From: Podarcis muralis | Lineage: Eukaryota | Length of the DNA: 64,000 bases | Assembly (NCBI RefSeq): GCF_964188315.1 | Contig: NC_135659.1 | Span: 98,518,001-98,582,000 of the forward strand | Direction: 5' to 3' | Shown here: positions 33,786-44,500 of the stretch, piece after piece | Position numbering within the stretch: the first letter of the stretch is position 1 | Layout: each line of letters starts with the position of its first letter | The notes under the pieces: model-generated | Databases searched by the model: none | Told to the model about the DNA's origin: nothing | Seen by the model: only the letters and a program-made list of their open reading frames with translations | Program-made: the position numbers and the translations under genes

Positions 33786-35124
33786 TACAAATGGCATACT
33801 TACTAGTAAAGACATTACCTGCCCCTCCTGGGTACCTGGGAATTAGTTTTCTAACATGAGGACTGCGCTGTAAGGAAATAGGTACCTATGGCATGAGCAA
33901 CCTTACTTACATGAGTAAGTTTGGGGTGGGACTTACCAGGCAGTCATCCTTTGCTGATGCTGAGACCCTAAAATACTTCAGCTGCTCTGCCTGAAACCTT
34001 GATTTGTCCTGGGATTTCCTTAGTGTAATGGAAGCCTTGAACATCTGTAAGTGTTACTGTAGTGAAGGAATGTGAGCCCTTGGGCACAAGAGGCCTGCAA
34101 GTTAGCTGGGGATATGGTCAATGGGGCAAGTGGTCAGCGCAGCACCTGTGCCAGCTTGTTCTGTTTGTAGCATGAGTTGCTCATGTCCTCCAGCCTGGTC
34201 TTGCACAATAGTTTCTCAGAAGTGCCTGAGCTTGGAAGCAAAAAGATCTGCATGATTAGGTGGCGGCGGTGGAGGAGTGGGCAGAACGTAATGGCTTCTA
34301 TCCTTGGGTGTAATCCACATTTCTCTGTGGCTTCACAGCCTCTGCTTGTCTAGCAGGGATTGTTCTTACTCTCCTGATGAAAAGGCCGAAGCTGTGTAGT
34401 ATCAGTAAAGAATAGATTATGCCCAAGGTTGGATGTGATTAAGTGTGGCTGTTGTGGTGCCTAGCTGGAAAAAGGCATGCTATGCCCTCCATGCTGCTGG
34501 TTGACCTTTTCTGCAGAGGTGCAGAAAGTGACACAGCCCTGCCCTGTGATGAAAGAGTTGAGATAAGTGCTAAAAAAAGCCTGCAATCCATAGCCTTGCT
34601 GAACTTCACTAGTAAAGCCTATTGAGTACCCCTGTACCAAGCAAGTAATGGTGTAAGGTGGCAGAGAGGCAGGCTTATCTGGTAAATTGGCTGTGGGAGG
34701 CACCATCTCCCAGAATATTCTTCCTCACAAGCCCTAATGCAGTGAACAGCAGATGTGCAAAAGCATCTGAATCCTGTGTACTTAGGAGAGGATAATCGGG
34801 TGGGAGCAGTAGGTTTAGTGCCCTACTTGTGTGATTTCTAGAAACATTTAGTCCAGTAGAGCTGCTCCTCTGTTCTGTTGCTGTTCAGGCATCTAAATGG
34901 CTACTTGCTTTCTAACCTGTGCACATGCTTTCCATGCAGAAGGCCCCGGATTAATCTCAAGATATTCCTAGGTGGGGCTTGGAAATTCCTCAGCCTGAAG
35001 AGTTGATGGCAGTCAGTGGACCAATGGTGTAACATGGAATAAGACAGCTTCCTGTGTTCCAGTGAGGCTTCTTCTAATACGAAGGGTTGCTTCTCAGAGG
35101 CCTATTATTACAATAATAAATAAA

Positions 35125-35548
35125 TTGTTGTTGTTGCTGTTTAGTCATGTCCGACTCTTCGTGACCCCATGGATCAGAGCACGCCAGGCACGCCTGTCTT
35201 CACTGTCTCCCGCAGTTTGGTCAAACTCATGCTTGTAGTTTCGAGAACACCATCCAACCATCTCGTCCTCTGTCGTCCCCTTCTCCTTGTGCCCTCCATC
35301 TTTCCCAACATCAAGGTCTTTCCCAGGGAGTCTTCTCTTCTCATGAGGTGGCCAAAGTCTTGGAGCCTCAGCTTCAGGATCTGTCCTTCCAGTGAGCACT
35401 CAGGGCTGATTTCCTTCAGAATGGATAGGTTTGATCTTCTTGCAGTCCATGGGACTCTCAAGAGTCTCCTCCAGCACCAGAATTCAAAAGCATTCATTCT
35501 TCGGCGATCAGCCTTCTTTATGGTCCAGCTCTCACTTCCATACATCAA
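35125..35548 (-). mobile_element. RTE-BovB LINE 3' fragment
   Basis: YGSESWTIKKADRRRMNAFEFWCWRRLLRVPWTARRSN...; (CAA)n tail. Confidence 0.95.
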
Positions 35549-35629
35549 ACCTATATTGTCGCTACACCACCTGTGTGCAGTGAAATTAAACGAGCCCCCC
35601 CCCCCCCCATACACTCAGTCTTGTTCGTG

Positions 35630-35930
35630 CTCTGTGTGCTTGTCATTTAGACCCATTATGGTGGTATCACCTGCAAACTTTATAACTGCAGTGGATGGAT
35701 CAGAGGAAATGTAGTCATATGTACACAACGAGTACAGGTAGGGATTCAGCAGGCATGCCTGTGGGGTGCCAGTGCTGAGCTTCAGAGAGGTAACTGGCCC
35801 AATTCTCACTATTTGTGTGCGATCCCTCAGAAAGTCTTTAATCCAATCGCAGATGGTAGGGGAAAGGTCCAGGTCCATCAGCTTTTTAATAAGAATGCTT
35901 GTGTATTGATGTCTAATGCTAGCAGATCTA
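35630..35930 (-). mobile_element. Rex1/Babar-type LINE reverse transcriptase fragment
   Basis: WIKDFLRDRTQIVRIG...LSTGTPQACLLNPYLYSLCT...IKFAGDTTIMGL (cf. GAPQGCVLSPLLY...KFADDTTVVGL). Confidence 0.8.
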
Positions 35931-38473
35931 TTTGGAAGGGCATATTCAGTTATGGGCTGTTAAAGAAAACAAGGCACACGTGTTCCCTGCAAGATCTGTA
36001 TTTTTCCTTCTTTCCTTAAATGAGGGTGGAGGTCTTTCTACTCAATGCAATCTTTGACAATCTTCTGGCAGCAGATCTTATTAGAGATGAGAATGTACCA
36101 TTGCTTCCAGTTTGGATGGATGGCTTGAGCTGAAAACAGCAGGATGAGTTTTGGGGAAATTGTGTATTGGATCTTTTTTTGTCCTGCAGATTATAACAAT
36201 TCGCTTTGCCTTAGCCACTGTGCAAAGGTGAAAGGCTCGCTTCTCAATAGTGCAGTCCTGTCCACCCAAATTGGTGGCTGTAGTACAACCCAAATTGCAG
36301 CCCACCGCTGATATCCGAGGAGGTTGAGCTTATGGCTTCCTCCAGTGGCCAGACCATTGCTTAACGCTGCCTCGCATGGTCGACCTACCTTTCCCTCCTG
36401 CTCTGGAAATGCCCTGGAAACCGGACCCTTCCAGAGGGGGATTCCCTACAAGGGCCTCAAGCACACCACAGCTCCCCTGTGAATGTGTTTCTCTGGCTCC
36501 AGCTGCCTCCCCAGCTCCTGCTAATGAAATGGCCGTTGTCACTCTTGCAGAATGAGGGGCTGAGGGAGCAGTGGGCTAGCATTGGAGCCAACCATTTCTG
36601 AAATGTGATTCCTGCTCCTCCTGCTTGGCAGCTCAACTTGTTGGGTCGTGTGGGCGAAAAGAACGTCAATGACGCACTTCAATATTTTTTTTAAGTTGTT
36701 AGTGTTGACAGAAACTTGATCCTGATTAAGGGGGCTAAGAAGGGATCTAATTCCAGCCAGGCTTTGGAGCTCTCTCAACTCTCCTTTGGGGCTGTCACTT
36801 TCTTCCCTCCATCCATTCCTCCTCTGGGGCATTTTGATCTCTTGTACCAACTTTTCCCTAATCTTGGAGACCACCTTAGTCTTGTCGCAGGACCCTTTCT
36901 GCCCTGTCTCTCAGCCGGTCCGTGCTTGGAGACCTCTTGTCTACATTTCAATGTGGCAGCTTTCCATGCCTTGGCAAGGGAAGGCCAAGGGTTATAAATT
37001 AGGGTGGCACCTGCTAATGGTGCTGTAATTTATATCTGGGCACCCTTCCCGCATGTGAGTGTAGCCAGCTTTTCTAAAAGCACATAAACCAGCAGTAATC
37101 CTGCCCTAGGCCTCAGCTGACTGAAGAGGCCATGCATGCAAAGTCTTCCTTTGGATAAACTTGAAGCCGTTTGGCTTAGCAAAAGCCAGTTGCTTTTGTG
37201 GAAGGTTGCTAATAAGGTGGGGCAACATGGCACGGATGGATGTACTGGATATGTTAATGCATGTTCGCAAACCTAGGATGCTGCATAAAAATATGCGCCA
37301 GGTTTATGATTCTAGGAAGCCCTGCCCCTTAACATGGAAGTTGCCCTTGTAGTTGTAGAAAGGGTGCTCTGCACAAGCACAACGTTAACCCATTAAACCA
37401 GCCTATCTGCAGCAAGGCCACAACTATGGAGCAATCTGAGTAACTTGAGTTTCAGGGCCCCTTTCTTGGCTTGCTTTGCACCAGGTGTGGTCTGAAAAAC
37501 ATCTCAAGTTCCTAGGCTAGAAAATCCTGTCCTTTTCTTGGCTCCTTGATTCTGTCTCCGCTGACACCTATAATCCCCTTTGCTCCTTCTAACTCAAGCT
37601 GGGTCTCTTCCTGCAGTATCATTCTCTGGGTGATCTTAGTACATTGCAATCAATTAAGCTTTGGGAAGGCCCTCAAAATGTTGCAATGTTGGATGTGAGG
37701 CCAGAAGCAACCATGGCGGCGTCAATTGTGAGGCCAGGCTGGTTCTTTTAAGTCTGTAGAAACAGGTTTTGCGGAATGTGGCTTGCTGAAAGCACAAATG
37801 GCTCCTTAAACCAGGGTTACAGGCGCCAAAATGGAATGTCAATAGTTGCCATTTTGGGGCCAGATGGCTTGAAAGTCATATTTTTCAATACAACACCTGA
37901 AGTTTGTTCTGATTGTGCAGATAAAATATCATGGATAGAATTCTACAGGATCCCCAAGCATTCACCACCAGATGGTAGAGATGTCAGGTGCCATCCTGGC
38001 ACCTGGGCATCTTCACTTGGTCTTAAGTGGCCAATAGCGTGGTGCCAAAATGTGCCTGGTGAATTTTAAACGCTGGCTGAAGGTCAGGGTGAGCACCTGT
38101 GTTTCTTCTCTAAAGTGATGAATTCCTTGTTGTGCAATGTTGAAGTACTTTGAGGCTTAACCTTCTTTCTTGGTCTTCTATCTTGCATTGCTTTGGGTTG
38201 TAGTGTCCTCTAGCTGATAGTCATTGTACCTAGACCTGGGATGGTGGCAAGGTTGCAGTCCCAGTTCAACCTTGGGTCATTGGTTAGATTTAAACATGGG
38301 TGGCTTGTGACTGTAGCTTTCAATCTATAAAAGCAGAAATAGACTGACCATAGCTTTGAGAGGCTGAAAAAGATATCATTTGTAAGTTACTCGCCATGCT
38401 AATAGCGCTGTATATTTCTTGATTCTCAGGGGTTTGCTCCAAGATTGCTGGAAAAAGGCTTTGCTCCAGCAAA

Positions 38474-38570
38474 ATGTCTGAGGAACGGTATTCCTTTGAT
38501 GTCCCCAATGAATACATTGACTTTAAGAACATTAAAGATGGTGAAACAACTGGCATTGATGCCTGGTTTG
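38474..38570 (+). CDS. TPX2: TPX2 coding exon 1 (Aurora-A-binding motif)
   Basis: Acceptor at 38429, ATG 38474, [17 protein letters not shown]...IDAWF, donor G|GTGAGT. Confidence 0.93.
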
Positions 38571-41500
38571 GTGAGTATCTGCATATTCTGCCAAGTTGGG
38601 ATGAAAAACTGGTCCTGGTGAGCAGGGGCTTGTCACTTTTTTGGCTAGGGGATTTCACAGGCTTGAGGAGGTGTTTGTTAGCATAAACTGTGGTGTACAG
38701 CCAGTATAGGATGCTGTAAGACTCCAACCCCCATAATCCACAGACTGCATGGCCCAGAGGTCAAGGATGGCGGGAGCTGTAGTCCAACAACATCTGGAGG
38801 GCTGCAGACATCTTATGCTCATTGTACAGGAAGTGATGAAACAGCACTAGAAAACCAACCCTCTACTCTCTCTGCCACCGTTGTATCAAAAGGAGCATGG
38901 AAGAGGGCTGCCTATATTGTCAACAACTTTCTTCCACGTGCAGGTGTTGGGCAAAGCAACCCACAACTGCTGAGGAGACCCTTGTTGGACTTGGCAATGG
39001 TTAAAGATGCATAGGGTTGTCTGAAAGAGAAGAGGGGCCAGCTAGGGGCTATATGAGCTGAGAGAAGCAACGTAAGAGAGAGGAGAGGCCAACGCAGAAT
39101 ATGCTGTAGGCTACCCCAAGTTGGGATGGCTTAATATTCCAAGAGCCCTTAAATACACCACACTTGTCCTTCTGCTTGGTTGGAAGCAGATTAGAATAAA
39201 AAGAATTGCCTGGCCTTCCTGAATTATTTTAAGGTGGTGAAATACAAGCTTTGGAGAACAGAGATTATTGCCAGTGCTGTCAGCCAAATAGGGTTACCAG
39301 TATTGGCACACTGATTTCTGGACAGATACAGACATAATCAGGGAGTTGCTTGAGTTCATCTTGGAAACTTTTCCACACTGTCATGTTTTTGATGGAAGTG
39401 CTAGGATGCAGACCAGTGTTAAGGATGATGGAGTTTTCATGTGAATAAAGAGAAGACTAGAAATGTGGCTCTAAGAGATTCTCAGGACCGCATGTGATCT
39501 GGCAGATCATCATCTGATCTTTATTAATCTGTATGAGAGCAAGAGCCTTTTCCAAACAAACAGGAACCTACAAATGTTTTCAGAGTGGTGCCAAGGTGGG
39601 TGGGTGTTTAACTGTTTCCCCCCCAGCCTAAGTTTGTCCTGCCTCAGAAGCTATAATTAGCCTTGCAGGGACCCTTTGGAGAGTAAATGAGTTCTCTTCG
39701 CTTGTTTTATGTTTACAAAAACATGTAGAGAGATCCAGTTGTGATCTTCTGCCTCGAATGTGGCTTTTGTGATTCCACACATCTTCCTCTCTGTAGTGGA
39801 AGGATATGACGAACCAAAAACCTCTTGAGAGATCTGCAGTTGCTTCCTTGAACATTCACTTCCCAAATGCTGTGAACCTGCAGTATGTTCTAACAATGTA
39901 CACGGGATCTGCAGGGTCCAAGTTTTTTGTTGTGCTGCGATATGTTTTCAGCCAACTTTAGGAAAGTGGGCAGGGGGCGGGAAACAGTAGCCTCAAGTTT
40001 CTACCACACTACATCGGGTAATTTTGAGCTTTGAGAATTTTGAGTCAAGGTGATAGAAGATTAATCTATCCTCTTGTCAAAAGCTGGACTAGCAAACGCG
40101 ACTGCTCTTGAGTCTAGCTGGCACTTTTTTTCTCTTCTCTAAGCTGTGTTTTGCTCCATTTCCCCCAAATGTGGGAAAGGAACGGGGCACCTGAGGTCTT
40201 CTCTGTGTTTGCCTGGCCCTTGGACTGGGAGAGGAAGGGCCATAACGGCCACAGCTGGCAGTGGAGATGGCAATTAGCCTGCCAAGCAGCATTGGGAGGT
40301 ACATTGAATTTAACCAGGTGGTTGTTGGTTCTTCCAGATCTCAGAGCTGGTCTTCTGAGCACTCCAAGTTCAGATATGCCAGCCAGTCATCTGAGAACTC
40401 CAAGTTCAGACATGCCAGCCGGCATCCTGCAGAAATCCTCAGCATCAAGGGCTAACATTCCACGTGCCATTGTCTCTCCAATGGTGAAATCCAGTAAGTT
40501 GTTCAGCTCAGGACAGCAAGTTCTTGTAAACTTACAATGGTAATAGAAGGGTATATGGACCTAGTCCATTGATGGCCTGTGAACTTGCTCATGTGAGGCT
40601 TGGCTTTCTCTGGCAGTGTCAAGACCTGAATGCCTGACACACAAATGTGCATCTGATTATTCCCGCCTAAGGGTTGAACCTTACACTTGTCCCTATTGAA
40701 ATTCCTTTTGTTGGTTTTGGCCCTGTTCTCCAATCTGTTAGGGCTGCCTTGAATCTTGACTCAATTTTCTGCGGCATTAGCTACCCTTCCAAGTTTGGTG
40801 TCATCTGCAGATTTGATGAGCGTCCCCTCAATTCCTCCATCCAAGTCCTTTATAAAGATGTTGAACAATGCCAGGCTCAGGACAGAATCCTGTGAGTGCA
40901 GTACCCAACGTGTCACTTTTTCCCAGGATGTTGAGGAACCATTAGTGAGCACTCTTTGGGTTCTGTCAGTCAACCAGCAGAATTCATTGCAGTCCACTCG
41001 GCTTTTCACCATTCCGAATAATTTGATACTAGCTACAAACAAGGCTACCGCCTTAACTTGCCACTGACTCGGGATAACTTCTAAGTAAATTAAAAAGCAC
41101 AAGTCCTAATTCAGGTCTCAGTGGGGCTAAGCTAAGGTTTACGTATCCCTCTGAGGGTGCTTTATTGGCCATGCTGGATGCATCAAGCTATGGAGCTGTG
41201 GAAGGATAACGCAGGGTCCCAAATATAGAGTGGAAAGATGAACTACAACCTCAAATACACAGGCAAGCTGTTTACTGCTGAAGCTAGCAAAAGATCTATT
41301 TCCTGCTCATTTGTTTTTCTTCTGTGCTGATAGTTCAAAGCTGTGAAGTTTTTAAAGCTCCTTCCCTCACAACCTCACTTGCCGATGACAGACTCAAGCC
41401 TCTGTGCATCTGGTGGTAGTATCCTATCCTGTAGCAGGCTTTTCCTGGGGAGTGTCGGAAGGGGGCACTGTAAGGGTTTTTATGGATAGCTATTGGGGTC

Positions 41501-44500
41501 TTTTTGTGAATGTTGTATAAGCTATTAGCTGGCTTTGAGCCCTTGGAGAGGAAGAAGGGGCATATAAATTTTGAGGAATATATTTATAGCTCGTGTTTCT
41601 TATTTGCCTTAGCTGAGAATCACAATGAAAATGAGATGGGACTGGCTAACAGGGTGCCACCAAATGTGGTTGGATCCATGGCACAGTGGCGCAGTGCATC
41701 AAATGAGGCAGTAGCTGCCCCTGCAAGGGCCCCAGGAAGGTAAGCATTCTAATCTCCAAGTGGGTCAACTTTCCCCTGGGACTTGGTGTTGACACAGCTT
41801 GTAAGACCATGGTTACCTAACATCTTGATCCTCCCACAAGTGCTTCTCTCTATTTTCTCAAGAAATGGCCTGCTGAGCTTTTCCAGCTGGCCTAGGACTC
41901 TCCTTCTCCTTTCGTTGCTCTTAAGCTAACTTCCGGGTCTGCAGTTATGGGAAGCTGCAAAGTGATCTGAATGTGGGATTAAAGCTGATGCACAACCCTT
42001 CCTGCCACAGTGCCCCTTCAGTGGGCTTCTTCTCAGAGAGGCCAGTATAATGAATTCATAAAATAATAAGTTTCTAGTCCTCATGGCTGCCAAGAATCTC
42101 CAACATGGCTATTACCGCATTTTTCGATCTATAAGGCGCACCAGACCATAAGACGCACCTAGTTTTTGGAAGAGGAAAACAAGGAGAGAAAAAATCTGAA
42201 TCCCATAAGCCAGGACAGCAAGTGGGATTGCAGGGCAGCCCTTCTCCCTCCTCGGGAAAAGCCCCCAAGAGCTGCACGCACGCTCCACGCGGCTCTTTAA
42301 AGGGAGCGCTGAGCAGAGCCTCCCGCCTGCATTCACTCCATAAGATGCGCACACATTTCCCCTTACTATTTAGGAGGGGGAAAGTGCGTCTTATAGAGCG
42401 AAAAATATGGTATATTGTGATCTAATTCTGAAATCAGGTTGTCCTTGAGAACATGACAAACGGCCTCAACATAAACGAGCAAGTGTGTTTTGTGGGCTTG
42501 CATCTTTCCAGGATCTAGTACTAAAAGCTTGAGGAGGGACGCCAGCCAGATTTCCTCCCAATAACTGTCAAAAGTCATCATGGGAGGGAGGATCTGGATC
42601 AGTGGTTGAGGAGGGAAGGCAGATTAGATGCCTTCTTGTGAAAAGATGCTTCAATTTCTCAGCAGATGCTCTACATAAATGAGTCTGTTATCAGCATGAC
42701 CATGTTCGAAATGCTGCATAAAACAATACTTAGAATCATAGAGTTGGAAGAGACCACAAGGGCCATTGAGTCCAACCCCCTGCCAAGCAGGAAACACCAT
42801 CAGAGCACTCCTGACATATGGTTGTCAAGCCTCTGCTTAAAGACCTCCAAAGAAGGAGACTCCACCACACTCCTTGGCAGCAAATTCCACTGTCGAACAG
42901 CTCTTACTGTCAGGAAGTTCTTCCTAATGTTTAGGTGGAATCTTCTTTCTTGTAGTTTGGATCCATTGCTCCGTGTCCGCTTCTCTGGAGCAGCAGAAAA
43001 CAACCTTTCTCCCTCCTCTATATGACATCCTTTTATATATTTGAACATGGCTATCATAAGGGGTGCCTTAATCTCCTCTTCTCCAGGCTAAACATGCCCA
43101 GCTCCCTTAGCCGTTCCTCATAAGGCATCATTTCCAGGCCTTTGACCATTTTGGTTGCCCTCCTCTGGACACGTTCCAGTTTGTCAGTGTCCTTCTTGAA
43201 CTGTGGTGCCCAGAACTGGACACAGTACTCCAGGTGAGGTCTGACCAGAGCAGAATACAGTGGCACTATTACTTCCCTTGATCTAGATGCTATACTCCTA
43301 TTGATGCAGCCCAGAACTGCATTGGCTTTTTTAGCTGCCGCGTCACACTGTTGGCTCATGTCAAGTTTGTGGTCAACCAAGACTCCTAGATCCTTTTCAC
43401 ATGTACTGCTCTCAAGCCAGGTGTCACCCATCTTGTATTTGTGCCTTGTCCAAAGCCAAATGGATAAAATATCGCATGTTGCAAACATTGGGAAATGGGG
43501 GGACCTTGAGCTATTTCCTGGATAACCGCTTCTGGTGCCTCCAACTGCAGCCTCCGTACCCCAAGCAGACTATGTGCTAGGTGCAAGAGCACATGATGCT
43601 CATCCCATGTAAAATATGCAAGAGTCCTAATTTGAATTAATCCCCTCTTTTTTCCTCTTGTTTTGGAATGGCTCCATATTATAGCAGTAGCTGAAACTTG
43701 TAAGCTTTGAGGCTGTGTCTCTTCATCTCATTCCACCCCGTTCCTTTACAGTCATCTGGCTTTTCCCTTTTCCTCCCCTGTAGGGTGTCAAAGCAGCTCT
43801 TGGAACGGCAGAAGAGCGCTCAGCGCAAGTGCGCTGCCAAAATGCATGCCAAGAGATGTGCCGCCTTGGCCACCAATGAACAGCTGCCGCCACCTGTAAA
43901 GAAACAGTAAGTGTAGGCCTGGTGGGTTGAGCAAGGGGAGGCACAAAGGAGTGGCTTGCTATGGTGTTTGAATTGGCTGGTGGACGCTGTGCCATCTTAT
44001 TTCAAGCCCTCTTCAAGTGCCAAGAAAGTTTTATCCAACAAAGTTGTCCGCAATAATTTCCTCCAGTACAATGGGACAGCCTCTCCCTGTGCCCCCCCCA
44101 TCTGTTCCATGGGTTCACCCAACTTTCTGGAACAGATTTGGCAGGCACAAGGAGAGGAAGTCCTGTTGCACAGGTGGAAACTGGTGTAGTAACCAGATGA
44201 CTTCATTGGATACAACCCCAAACTTGGGGTGTTTAAGAGACGTCTGAACTGAGCCCAAATCCACCAGAAACATGCCCTGCACAGGCCTCATTGATGCAAG
44301 GAAAGCTGTACAAAAATGTTGGCTTCATGTTTGGACTTTTATTTTTTATTAAATGTGTATACCATCCTTCATCTATAGATATCTGGGTGGTTCACAACAT
44401 AAAAATACAATATAAAAATACGAAATACAGACAAAAACAAAAAAAATTGCACAAACCAATAATCTTCCCTCCCACAAACACATCTAAAAGGTATAAGATG

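Noticed and set aside
36457-36874. Minus-strand ORFs, one containing SDNGHF (integrase-like)
   Set aside because: Motif spacing is wrong and no other integrase residues are present; treated as chance
39234-39340. Acceptor followed by GEIQALENR, resembling EEKANLENK
   Set aside because: No good phase-1 donor before an in-frame stop
39952-40017. 66-nt phase-compatible candidate TPX2 exon (ANFRKVGRG...)
   Set aside because: No similarity to TPX2; the exon at 40338-40493 has the expected homology and stronger sites
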